Below are positions 45,514 to 54,349 of a stretch of 64,000 nt of DNA, piece by piece. Source of the DNA: Thermoplasmata archaeon (GTDB lineage: Archaea > Thermoplasmatota > Thermoplasmata > RBG-16-68-12 > JAJISG01). The notes beneath the pieces are model-generated. The model searched no databases. It saw only the letters and a list, made by a program, of their open reading frames with translations, and had not been told where the DNA came from. The stretch spans positions 2,245-66,244 of the forward strand of contig JBHIDH010000003.1 in NCBI GenBank assembly GCA_046759985.1. Reading direction: 5' to 3'. Within the stretch, counting starts at the first letter, position 1. Each line of letters starts with the position of its first letter. Made by a program: the position numbers and the translations under genes.

Positions 45514-46842
45514 TTGACTTTCCACGAGATTGGCCTTGTTTTCCTCGCCTTTGCCGGCTGGATTCTCGGCCTCTACGTTCTGGAGCGGCGAGGGCTGCTG
45601 AGTCGCGTGGGCCTCACCCTCATGGGCCCCTTTCTGATGGCCAAGACCACCAGGGGACGCGCCTTCATCGAACGCCTTGCCCAGTGGAGAGGTTGGGGCG
45701 CGGTCGGCCACGGTTTCGTCATCCTGGTGGCGGTGACCATGGTGGGGATGACGGTTCTCCTGACCTGGACGGCCACCCTGGTGTCCCGCATTCCCCCGGA
45801 AGCCGCCCCCTCCCCACAGATGCTGTTGGGTCTGCCGGGGATCAACCCGTTCATCCCCCTCACCTATGGCATCTTCGCGCTGGCCGTGGCCATCGTCGTC
45901 CACGAGTTCTCCCACGGGATTCTCGCCCGGCGCTGGAAGGTCAAGATCAAGTCTCTGGGCATCCTCCTCTTCATCGTCCCCATCGGCGCCTTCGTGGAGC
46001 CGGACGAGGAGGAGATGCAGGCCCTGGACCGGAGGAAGCGGGGGACCATCTTCGCCGCCGGACCGGGGTCCAACGTGGTCCTCGCGGTGATTCTGGCTTT
46101 CCTCTTCTCGTTGGGGATGATGGCGGCCGTGCAGGCCAAGGCCCCTGGCATGGGCATCACGAGCGTCGTCGCCGAGAGTCCGGCGGAGGGCGAAGGCCTG
46201 GCCGTGGGGATGATCCTCACCCACATCGACGGGATTCCCATCGAGGACACCGCGCATTTCCGCGAAATCCTGGGCCAGACCCAGGCCGGACAGGTTCTCA
46301 CCCTGACGCTCTTCCGGGATCAGAGGGCCTTCACAAGACAGGTCACCTTGGCCGACCGCTTCGACTTCACCGGCCAGGAGGACGATCGCGGGAAGGGCTT
46401 CGTCGGGGTGGGCACCGTCAACACAAACCCCGACATCTTCAACCCCTTCGTCTCCAGCCAGCGGCTAGGAGCCGGGGGCGCCTTCCTCCTGTTCCTCCTC
46501 TTCCCCTTCAACGGACTCATGCCTGTCCAGCCCCCTCTCACGGAGTTTTACGCCATCACCGGGGCCTGGTCCCTCCTCCCCGTTCCCGCGTTCTGGGTGC
46601 TGGCCAACAGCCTCTACTGGCTCTTCTGGATCAACCTCATGCTCGGGATGACAAATGCCCTCCCCGCCGTGCCCCTGGACGGAGGCTATCTCTTCCGCGA
46701 CTGGGCCGAGGCGGGCATCAAGCGGTTCCGCCGGGGCATGAAGGCCGAAGCCCGGGCCCGCATCGCCCGGAACCTGTCCTACGTCCTAGCGCTCTTCATC
46801 CTCGCCCTCATCCTCTGGCAGATGATCGGGCCCCGCATTTAG
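45514..46842 (+). CDS. Site-2 protease (peptidase M50) with PDZ domain
   Basis: The HEFSHG zinc motif sits in a TM helix. A PDZ-like segment (GITSVVAESPAEGEGLAVGMILTHIDGIPI) and the distal NxxPxxPLDGG motif (NALPAVPLDGG) are present. TTG 45514 was chosen as the first in-frame start after the upstream gene's stop. Confidence 0.85.
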   Translation: MTFHEIGLVFLAFAGWILGLYVLERRGLLSRVGLTLMGPFLMAKTTRGRAFIERLAQWRGWGAVGHGFVILVAVTMVGMTVLLTWTATLVSRIPPEAAPSPQMLLGLPGINPFIPLTYGIFALAVAIVVHEFSHGILARRWKVKIKSLGILLFIVPIGAFVEPDEEEMQALDRRKRGTIFAAGPGSNVVLAVILAFLFSLGMMAAVQAKAPGMGITSVVAESPAEGEGLAVGMILTHIDGIPIEDTAHFREILGQTQAGQVLTLTLFRDQRAFTRQVTLADRFDFTGQEDDRGKGFVGVGTVNTNPDIFNPFVSSQRLGAGGAFLLFLLFPFNGLMPVQPPLTEFYAITGAWSLLPVPAFWVLANSLYWLFWINLMLGMTNALPAVPLDGGYLFRDWAEAGIKRFRRGMKAEARARIARNLSYVLALFILALILWQMIGPRI

Positions 46843-46858
46843 CGACCACTGTCCGCCC

Positions 46859-47704
46859 TCAGCCCTTCTCCAGGCCTCCCAGGCCAAAGATTCCCTGCGG
46901 GTCGATCCCCCCCGTTCCCTTCCCGGTGGCCATCCGAATCGTCTCGAGGGCAGGCCGAAATCCCAGATTCCCCAGCATGCCCAGGGCCGCCTCGTTCTCC
47001 CCGGGTACGGCCACCGCGACCTGCCGGTCCGGGAAGGCCGCGAATAGGTGGAGGAGGAGGCCCTCCGCGACCTCGGGCCGCTCGGGGTGGGAGACCCAGG
47101 GCGCCACATCCATCCCGCCGGGATACCGGGCTCCCACCACGTACCCCTGGATGCCCTCCTCCTCCCACACAAAGAAGGCGTCGCCGTAGTCATGGTAGAA
47201 CTCCGTCAGGACCTTGGCGCGGTCGTTCCCGAAGTAGGGGCGGTCGAAGGCGCCGAGGGCGTCCAGCTCGGAGACGTGAACCAGCCTGGGTTCGCCCCGC
47301 AGCCGGCCCTTGGCCTTCCCCTCGTAGCGCCACGTACGGCCCCGCGTCCGGAAGCCCATGTCCGCGTAGAAGGACTCCATGCCCGCGTAGGCGTTGAGCC
47401 AGCTCGAATCCGTTCCCTGTGCCTCCCCGTACTCTAGGGCCCGCTCCACGAGGGCCCCTCCGTACCCCTTCCCCCTCTCCTTGGGCTCGACGATGATGCT
47501 GCCGATCCAGGTAGCCTTCTCGTACGCCGTTGCCGTGGCCAGGCCCACCGGCCGCGACCCGACCCTGGCGACGAGCGTCCCTTCCGGGTCCATCCGGCGA
47601 AAGCGGTGGAAGTCCTCGGGGCCGTAGTCCCAGCCCTCGAGGTTCGTCAGGGCCACGGCAAAATCGACGTCCGCCCGCTCCATGGGCCGGATCTCCACGG
47701 TCAC
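46859..47704 (-). CDS. GNAT family N-acetyltransferase (two-domain)
   Basis: IIVEPKERGKGYGGALVERALEY is the acetyl-CoA-binding motif A (R/Q-x-x-G-x-G/A). The GTG start overlaps the stop of the upstream small gene (GTGA). Confidence 0.8.
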   Translation of the reverse strand: MTVEIRPMERADVDFAVALTNLEGWDYGPEDFHRFRRMDPEGTLVARVGSRPVGLATATAYEKATWIGSIIVEPKERGKGYGGALVERALEYGEAQGTDSSWLNAYAGMESFYADMGFRTRGRTWRYEGKAKGRLRGEPRLVHVSELDALGAFDRPYFGNDRAKVLTEFYHDYGDAFFVWEEEGIQGYVVGARYPGGMDVAPWVSHPERPEVAEGLLLHLFAAFPDRQVAVAVPGENEAALGMLGNLGFRPALETIRMATGKGTGGIDPQGIFGLGGLEKG

Positions 47705-47913
47705 AGCAGTCCCCTGGCCCGCAGCTCCACGGGCTCATCGCACGAGTGGCTCCCGTGCGTGACGTACCGCGTGTCCCCCCGGGCGTCCTTGTACTCGCAG
47801 GGCCCGTACTCGTCATCCTCCGCCCCGTACCACCTGTCGCAGTCTTTGCAGTGATGCCAGGCGGGGTGGCGCCTTCGCGCCTCTTCCAGGGCCTCGACCA
47901 GCTCGTCGTCCAT
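47701..47913 (-). CDS. Small Cys/His-rich protein (70 aa), function unknown
   Basis: ATG start. HHCKDCDRWYG...GPCEY...HGSHSCDE suggests metal binding. It is translationally coupled to the downstream GNAT gene. Confidence 0.5.
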   Translation of the reverse strand: MDDELVEALEEARRRHPAWHHCKDCDRWYGAEDDEYGPCEYKDARGDTRYVTHGSHSCDEPVELRARGLL

Positions 47914-47952
47914 GCCTGCACCTCCGTGGGGACGCGCAACCCCCTCGATGGC

Positions 47953-49704
47953 CTACGACCCCCAGAAGGGGTCTTCCTTCCGCTTGATGGCCTTCACCGC
48001 CTCCAGCACCTCGCGGTCGTCAGGCGACAGGCCGCTTCCCTCCAGGAGCCGAACGTGTCCTTCGGGGACATCCACATAGAGGACCTCCCCCAACCTGATC
48101 TGGCGACCGACCGTGGGTCCCTCGATGGCCACCGCGACCTCGCTGCCGGGCCCGACCTCCTGCAGGGAGATTTCCTTGCTCCGAATGCTCCGGATCCGAC
48201 CGACGATCCGTCCGTCGTCCCGAAGGAGGGACTGGCCCACCCGAATGTGACCCGCCAACACCCGGACCCCCACGATGGCGGGCTTGCTCGCCCGGAAGAC
48301 GTAATCCGGCAGTAGGAGGATCTTCCCCGGGTGGACCGCCTCCTTCCTCCGCTTCGTCTCGAGCTCCGCCCGTCGCTCGCCGACCCACTCTTGGTACCCC
48401 TGGATGAGGCGGTAGACTACGTCGTCCTCGAAGACCCGCACGTCGGGCTGCCTCCCCAGCTCCTCCTGGGCCTCGGCGAGGACGGGCACGTTGAAGGCCA
48501 GGATGGCTCGCTTCAGCGGGTCCTGAATCGTCGCGGCCTCCACGATTTCGCGGCGCGAGACGGGGCCGAGCCCCGCCTGGCGGACCTGTAAGTCTTCCTC
48601 CTTCATCTGGAAGGCTAGCCCCTCCAGCGAGCCGAGAGCATCCGCCTTGACGATGAGCCCGTCATCCGACAGCTCGACCTCCAGGCGGGTCTCCTCCTTC
48701 ACCTGGACCTTCGCCTCCTCCAGGTCCGAGCCGGCCACCCGAAGCGGCGCCCCCGCCACGACCCCCTCGACGTCCGCGGCGGCGATCTTGATCCCCGCGG
48801 CCGCCCCGACCTCGGCGATGGAGTCGAACCGGTTTTCCGGGTCGCGGATCTCGTCCAAGGGCCGCGGCTTCAGGAGGGCCTTGACCTTCGTGATGCGAGG
48901 CTCCCCTCCGGCCGTCCCCAGGACGATGGTGTCCCCCCGCTTCACGGAGCCCTTGTAGAGGATGGCGTCCAGGGTCACGCCCAGCCCCTTTTCCTCTTTG
49001 ACCTCGAGGATCGTGCCCGCCCCTCGCCCCTCCTCGAGGCGCAACGCGTCCTCCAGAAACCGCTGGGCCAGGCCCACGAGGACGAGGAGCAGGTCGGGGA
49101 TCCCCTCGCCGTGCTTCGCGCTCGTGGGCACGACGGCGACCACCTTCTGGAAGTCCTCGATCCGGTCGTACCGATCCGCCGAGAACCCCTGCTCGTAGAG
49201 CCGCCCCACGAGGTCGTAGAACCGCTGATTCAAGAGCTCCTGGACGCTCTCCGGTTGGTCGGCGTACGAGGCCAGGAAGGGCTCTCCCGGATGGCGTCGC
49301 CACCCGGGCAGGAGGTCCACCTTGTTCGCGGCGACCACGAAGGGGGTCTTGTACTGCTTCAGGATACGCAGGGATTCCACGGTCTGGGGCCGCAGGCCCT
49401 CGTTGATGTCGATGACCAGGATGGCCAGGTCGGCCAGGGCGCCGCCGCGGGCCCGCAGGGTGCTGAAGGCGTGGTGGCCCGGGGTGTCGATGAAGAGGAG
49501 CCCCGGAACCTCGAAGGACCTGTCCTTGACCAGGTCGCCACACACCCGCAGGATGACCTCGAGGGGGACCTCCGTGGCCCCGATGTGCTGGGTGATGGCC
49601 CCCGGCTCCCGGGCGGCGACGCGGGTCCCCCGAATCCGGTCGAGGATCGTGGTCTTCCCGTGATCCACGTGGCCAAGGACGCTCACGATGGGCTGACGGA
49701 TCAT
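47953..49704 (-). CDS. infB: Translation initiation factor aIF5B (IF2-like GTPase)
   Basis: I trimmed to the ATG giving MIRQPIVSVLGHVDHGKTTILDRIRG. DTPGH and NKVD motifs are present. An ACATATAAT box lies 25-30 nt upstream on the minus strand. Confidence 0.93.
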   Translation of the reverse strand: MIRQPIVSVLGHVDHGKTTILDRIRGTRVAAREPGAITQHIGATEVPLEVILRVCGDLVKDRSFEVPGLLFIDTPGHHAFSTLRARGGALADLAILVIDINEGLRPQTVESLRILKQYKTPFVVAANKVDLLPGWRRHPGEPFLASYADQPESVQELLNQRFYDLVGRLYEQGFSADRYDRIEDFQKVVAVVPTSAKHGEGIPDLLLVLVGLAQRFLEDALRLEEGRGAGTILEVKEEKGLGVTLDAILYKGSVKRGDTIVLGTAGGEPRITKVKALLKPRPLDEIRDPENRFDSIAEVGAAAGIKIAAADVEGVVAGAPLRVAGSDLEEAKVQVKEETRLEVELSDDGLIVKADALGSLEGLAFQMKEEDLQVRQAGLGPVSRREIVEAATIQDPLKRAILAFNVPVLAEAQEELGRQPDVRVFEDDVVYRLIQGYQEWVGERRAELETKRRKEAVHPGKILLLPDYVFRASKPAIVGVRVLAGHIRVGQSLLRDDGRIVGRIRSIRSKEISLQEVGPGSEVAVAIEGPTVGRQIRLGEVLYVDVPEGHVRLLEGSGLSPDDREVLEAVKAIKRKEDPFWGS

Positions 49705-49757
49705 GGTGCGGCTCAAAATCCGGGCCGCGATTATATGTACTTTCGTCCCTCGTCGGC

Positions 49758-50216
49758 TCAGGACTCCCCGAGCCACTCCTCATCGATCCGGGTGTAGGAG
49801 AGGAGTTCCTCGCGAGGGAAGAAGAGGCCAATCTCCCTCTCCGCGCTCGCGTCGCTGTCCGCGCCGTGGACGAGATTGCGGGAGATGTCCATCCCGTAGT
49901 CCCCCCGAATCGTGCCGGGGGAGGCCTCGGTGGGGTCGGTGGCCCCGATGGTGGCACGAGCGATCTCGACGGCCCGCCGGCCCTCCCACACCGTGGCGAC
50001 CACGGGCCCCGAGGTCACGTAGGCCACAAGGCGACGGAAGAAGGCCTTGCCGCGATGCTCGTCGTAGTAGGCCTCGGCCAGCTTCTTCGAGACGTCTCGC
50101 ATCTGCATGGCTACAAGCTTCAGGCCCCGTTCCTCGAAACGGCGAACGATGGCCCCGACAAGCCCCCGCTGCACGCCATCGGGTTTGATGAGGACGAAGG
50201 TCCGCGTTTCCGTCAG
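49758..50216 (-). CDS. ndk: Nucleoside diphosphate kinase; the start codon appears to be CTG, overlapping the rpl24e stop
   Basis: The track ORF starts at GTG 50174 (MQRGLVGAIV). The same frame upstream reads L-TETRTFVLIKPDGV, the conserved first strand and nucleotide-binding Lys of NDK. The only candidate start is CTG (50216-50214), preceded by GGAGGT with 6-nt spacing and overlapping the L24e TGA (CTGA). Confidence 0.9.
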   Translation of the reverse strand: MTETRTFVLIKPDGVQRGLVGAIVRRFEERGLKLVAMQMRDVSKKLAEAYYDEHRGKAFFRRLVAYVTSGPVVATVWEGRRAVEIARATIGATDPTEASPGTIRGDYGMDISRNLVHGADSDASAEREIGLFFPREELLSYTRIDEEWLGES

Positions 50217-50707
50217 GCCGTGACCTCCCTCAGGCGGGCCAGGATCTTCCTCGCCGAGGCGGGGCCGAGGCCCTTAACCCGTGTCAGCTCCTCCTCGGTG
50301 GCCGCCTGCAGTTTCCCCACCGAGGTGAACCCCGCCTCCCAAAGCGCCTCCGCCGTCGCGGGCCCGATCCCGGGGAGCGTGGTAAACGTCCGGAGGATGG
50401 CCTCCCGGTCCTCCGCGCGGGGGGCTTCCCCTCCCTCGGGACTCTCGGGCACCACCTCCTCCGGAGGGGCTTCCTCGACCACCTCGGTCTCCGAGGCGGG
50501 TCGCGGCCGGGAGGCCCGTTGCCGGAGGGCCCGGACGTATCGGCGCGTCCAGCGAACCTTCCTGCCCACGCGGCCCAATCCCAAGAGGTTCTTCTGGCAC
50601 TTGCTGGAGCAGAAGAAGTGGGTTCCCCCGTCCCTCCGCACGTACATCTTGCCGGTGCCCGGCTCGATGTCGTTTCCGCAGAAGGTGCAGGTCCTCGATA
50701 CGGGCAT
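50213..50707 (-). CDS. rpl24e: 50S ribosomal protein L24e with C-terminal acidic linker and (HhH)2 extension
   Basis: The N-terminal 60 or so aa (CTFCGNDIEPGTGKMYVRRDGGTHFFCSSKCQKN...VRWT) are L24e. These are followed by an acidic Pro/Glu linker and LPGIGPATAEALWEAGFTSVGKLQAATEEELTRVKGLGPASARKI, which carries two helix-hairpin-helix motifs. Confidence 0.85.
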   Translation of the reverse strand: MPVSRTCTFCGNDIEPGTGKMYVRRDGGTHFFCSSKCQKNLLGLGRVGRKVRWTRRYVRALRQRASRPRPASETEVVEEAPPEEVVPESPEGGEAPRAEDREAILRTFTTLPGIGPATAEALWEAGFTSVGKLQAATEEELTRVKGLGPASARKILARLREVTA

Positions 50708-50714
50708 CTGTCCC

Positions 50715-50924
50715 TTACCTGACCGAGAGCTTCCGGGCCTCGCGGGCGGTCTCCCGGAGCATGAGGATGTCCCCGACCTGCACGACCCCCTTGACGTTGC
50801 GGGTGATGATGCGGCCCTTGTCCCGGCCCTCCATGACCCGGACCTTGACCTGGGTGGCCTCCCCCGTCATGCCGGTTCGGCCCACCACCTCGACGACGTC
50901 CGCCGGGATGCTGTCGTCCGCCAT
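50715..50924 (-). CDS. rps28e: 30S ribosomal protein S28e
   Basis: I trimmed to the ATG giving [66 protein letters not shown]. Confidence 0.93.
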   Translation of the reverse strand: MADDSIPADVVEVVGRTGMTGEATQVKVRVMEGRDKGRIITRNVKGVVQVGDILMLRETAREARKLSVR

Positions 50925-50925
50925 G

Positions 50926-51300
50926 CTACTTCCCCCGGAGTCCCCGGGTCTCGTTCGCCAGCTCGGAAAGCAGGGGCTTGCCCTTCCCCGGATCGACGAC
51001 GCAAGCGGAGGCCGTGGACTTGCCCAGGCCGGCGGCGACCCCCAGCTCCGCCTTGCTCGGCACGTAGCCGTACGGCACATCCCGCTCCTCACACAGGAGG
51101 GGCATGTGGGCCAGGATCTCCTCCGGGGCGACGTCCTCTGCCATGACGACGAACCGCGCCTCCCCTCGCTCCACCAGCTTCGTCACCTCGTTGGTGCCCT
51201 TGCGGACCTTCCCGGTGTCCCGGGCCATCTCGACGAGTTGGTAGACCTTGTCGTACAGGTCCTTGGGTGTCTCGAATCGAACGTAGATAGGTTGTCCCAT
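50926..51300 (-). CDS. rpl7ae: 50S ribosomal protein L7Ae (K-turn binding)
   Basis: [50 protein letters not shown] is canonical L7Ae. A TTTTATAAT box lies upstream on the minus strand. Confidence 0.93.
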   Translation of the reverse strand: MGQPIYVRFETPKDLYDKVYQLVEMARDTGKVRKGTNEVTKLVERGEARFVVMAEDVAPEEILAHMPLLCEERDVPYGYVPSKAELGVAAGLGKSTASACVVDPGKGKPLLSELANETRGLRGK

Positions 51301-51404
51301 GGAAGGCCTCCTTTGGTTCAGGGAACCTCAGTCATCGGGCTCTACAAGAGCGCCTTCGCCTACTTCGCGGGCATTATAAAAGGGCTTTGGAGTGCGACCC
51401 GCCT

Positions 51405-52286
51405 TCAGCGGGGAGGGGCAGGGGGTTCCTCGGCCAACGCGAAGGCGGAGAGGGTCAGTGACTCCTTCTCCCTTCGCGCGGGAATCTCCCGCAGGAGGGC
51501 GAGAACCTCGGGTCGTGTGTCCCGGACCGTGGGACGGAACTTGCGCGCCGCGACGACGTCCCGTGGGTCGACGGTACATCTGACCACGTCCTCCTGGAAG
51601 TCCTTAGCCCGACCCAGCTCCTCCCCCCGGGGGTCCACGGCCTGTGTCCCGCCCTGGAACACCATGTTGAGCTCCGTCCCCACCAGGTTGGCGTAAAGGA
51701 AGAAGCAGGTGTTCTCGATGGCCCGGGCCGGGATGACCTTGTCGAAGAACCCCTTGCTCGTGGCGGGGGCGGCCGAGAGGCAGGCCAGGATCTCGGCCCC
51801 CTGGAGGGCCAGGCCTTTGGGGACCTCGGGGAAGAAGGTGTCGTAGCAGATGAGGAGGCCGATCTTTCCGAGGTCAGTGCGCACCACCTTCAACTCGCTC
51901 CCCCGTCGGAAGTACTGGAGTTCCTCGAAGGGGCCAAAGTTGGCGGGATACAGCTTGCGATACGCCACCGCCTCCCCGTCAGGGAACACGAAGACAGAGC
52001 TGTTGTAGCGAAGCCCCGTGTCGGCGTCTCGCTCCGGCATCCCGAAGACGATATGGGCGTTGGCCTCCTGCGCGAGCTGGGACACCCGCTTCACGGAGGG
52101 CCCGTCCAACGGCTCGGCCAGCTTGGGGAACAGGTCTCGGGCCATGTAGCCCGACAGGTAGAGCTCCCCGAACAGGTAGAGCTGGGCCGGATGCTTGCGG
52201 ACGAAGGTCGCCATCTTCCTGAGGTTGGCTGCCTTGTCGCCCACCTTCGGTTCCGCCTGTACAAGGGCCGTCTCAAAGGCCGTCAT
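51405..52286 (-). CDS. Carbon-nitrogen hydrolase (nitrilase superfamily)
   Basis: The Glu-Lys-Cys triad contexts FGELYLSGY, YRKLY and GLLICYD are present. Confidence 0.88.
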   Translation of the reverse strand: MTAFETALVQAEPKVGDKAANLRKMATFVRKHPAQLYLFGELYLSGYMARDLFPKLAEPLDGPSVKRVSQLAQEANAHIVFGMPERDADTGLRYNSSVFVFPDGEAVAYRKLYPANFGPFEELQYFRRGSELKVVRTDLGKIGLLICYDTFFPEVPKGLALQGAEILACLSAAPATSKGFFDKVIPARAIENTCFFLYANLVGTELNMVFQGGTQAVDPRGEELGRAKDFQEDVVRCTVDPRDVVAARKFRPTVRDTRPEVLALLREIPARREKESLTLSAFALAEEPPAPPR

Positions 52287-52437
52287 GCCTGCCGCCTCGC
52301 GCCGCCTCCAAGGGAGTGCGTGGCCTCCTCAGGAGGGCGCGAACCCATAAACCCTTCCTCCCCCGACCGTGTCCGTGGCCCGTCGGTCAAGGGAGACCGG
52401 AACGCTTAGATAGCGGTCCCAGGCCTCCTTCGGCCCG

Positions 52438-53487
52438 ATGAAGATCGAGATCGTGGCCTTTGGCCCCGAGACGGCGTCCCGGGAGGAATGGGCGAGGTAC
52501 CATGCCTACCGCCGGCGACGCCACGGCGAGACGGACCCCGAGGATCCCATCATTGATGACCCGTCCCTGGAGGCCCTATGGAAGCGGGCGGGCCCCCAGT
52601 TCGTGACCTCGCGGTTCGTCGTCGTGAAGGCCGGCGAGCCCGGGACGCAGATCGGACACATCGAGTTCAACGTGTTCCGGGAAGGCACCCCCAGCTACGA
52701 GGGAAACGAACACCTGGCGCAGGCGAACCTCGCCCTGCTTCGACCCTACCGGCGACAGGGCCACGGCAGGGAACTCCTGGCGAAGGTGGCCCAGCTCGCC
52801 AATGCGCACGGCAAATCGCGGCTCATCGGTTCCTCCGACGAGGAGGACGGGAAGGCCTTCGCCCGGGCCCTGGGCGCCGAGATTGCCCTCGAGGGGGTGG
52901 AGAACCGCCTTCAGCTCGAAGCGGTGGACTGGGAGATGGTCGAGGCGTGGGCTGCCGAAGGACCGACGCGCTCTCCCGGGTCGACGATTCACTGGTTCAC
53001 CAACCACATCGACGACGCCCTCCTGCAGGCCTACTGCACGTTCTACACGGAGGTCTTCAATCAGCAACCCTTCGGGCTCCTGGACGTGAAGGACCTGGTC
53101 TTCGATTCCGAGACGTTCCGCGACCGGGAGGCCCGCGTCGCCGACGTCGGCGGTTCCTGGATGACCGGGATGACCACGGAGGGTGGGGGGGACATCTCGG
53201 GCATGACGGAGATGTTCTACCTCCCGGACCGGAAGACGATGATCGGACAGGGTCTGACCGGGGTGAAGGAGGGGTGCCGGGGCCGTGGCCTCGGGAAGTG
53301 GCTGAAGGCGGCCATGCTCCTCCGGGTGCGAGACGAGTTCCCCCAGGTGCGTGTCGTCCAGACGGGGAACGCGACGACGAACGAGGCCATGCTCTCCATC
53401 AACCGGAGGTTGGGCTTCGAGAGGTACCGGGAAGGGGAGAACCTCCAGATCCCCCTGGAGGCGCTGGAAGAGTACCTGGCAGCCTAG
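52438..53487 (+). CDS. Tandem-GNAT N-acetyltransferase family protein (paralog A)
   Basis: 349 aa. It has two acetyltransferase-like halves, with motif A sequences RRQGHGRELLAKV and RGRGLGKWLKAAM. It is a close paralog of 54350-55429. Confidence 0.75.
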   Translation: MKIEIVAFGPETASREEWARYHAYRRRRHGETDPEDPIIDDPSLEALWKRAGPQFVTSRFVVVKAGEPGTQIGHIEFNVFREGTPSYEGNEHLAQANLALLRPYRRQGHGRELLAKVAQLANAHGKSRLIGSSDEEDGKAFARALGAEIALEGVENRLQLEAVDWEMVEAWAAEGPTRSPGSTIHWFTNHIDDALLQAYCTFYTEVFNQQPFGLLDVKDLVFDSETFRDREARVADVGGSWMTGMTTEGGGDISGMTEMFYLPDRKTMIGQGLTGVKEGCRGRGLGKWLKAAMLLRVRDEFPQVRVVQTGNATTNEAMLSINRRLGFERYREGENLQIPLEALEEYLAA

Positions 53488-53674
53488 GGCTCCGTGGTCC
53501 GGCAAGAGGGCCACGGCGGCGAGGCGGCCGAGGAGACGGAGAGGCGTACCGTGCGCCCGTCCCCCGCGGAGGTGAAGGAGGCAAAGGGCGCCCCTGGACT
53601 CCCAGGACCCGTTCTCCCTCCTGATAATCGCCGGCAAAGGCCTAAGGCGGCCCCCTCGTGACTTCGCCCCCACT

Positions 53675-54241
53675 TTGATTCGGGATCTCCAGACGGTCCG
53701 CCCCCAGAGCACTCGCACGAGACTGAAGCTCTGCCTCGCCGGCGAATTCGCAGTCGGGAAGACCTCCCTCATCCGCCGCTTCGTCTCCGGGGAATACAGC
53801 GACCGTTACATCGCCACGTGGGGCACGCACGTCACCTCGAAGGAGTTCGACGTGCAAGTGGGTCCGGAGCACAAGGAAGTGGGCGTGCTCCTGAACCTGT
53901 GGGATATCATGGGGTCCAAGGGCCTGCGGGATTTGCGTCGGGAGACCTACTTTCGCGGGGTCCAGGGCATCCTGGCGGTCTGTGACGCCACCCGTCCCGA
54001 GACCCTCCCTCCCCTGGAGGGATGGCGCCAGTCCATCTTCCGAGTGGCTGGCAGTGTGCCCACCTACGTGCTGGCCAACAAGGCAGACCAAGAGCGGGCC
54101 ATCACCCCGGAGGACCTCGGGCGCTTCTGCGAGGGGTGGGGCTGCCCGTTCCTCTACACGAGCGCGAAGTCGGGCGAGTCGGTGGAGGAGGCCTTCGGGG
54201 GACTCACGCGTCTCGTGCTCCGGTTCGTGCTTCCTCGTTGA
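53675..54241 (+). CDS. Rab/Ras-like small GTPase (paralog 1)
   Basis: G1 GEFAVGKTS, G3 WDIMGSKG, G4 NKAD, G5 TSAKSGESVEEAF. The TTG start is uncertain, with an in-frame CTG at about 53720 as an alternative. A TGATAATC box lies about 50 nt upstream. Confidence 0.8.
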   Translation: MIRDLQTVRPQSTRTRLKLCLAGEFAVGKTSLIRRFVSGEYSDRYIATWGTHVTSKEFDVQVGPEHKEVGVLLNLWDIMGSKGLRDLRRETYFRGVQGILAVCDATRPETLPPLEGWRQSIFRVAGSVPTYVLANKADQERAITPEDLGRFCEGWGCPFLYTSAKSGESVEEAFGGLTRLVLRFVLPR

Positions 54242-54349
54242 AGTGGCACATGGGAGCCGCGAGGGCATCACCCTTGGGGGTCCTCGCCCCGCCCTCGCGA
54301 ACCTTCAGGACCCGTTTCCAGTGGCAAAGCCTTAGGTACGGAGCTGGCC

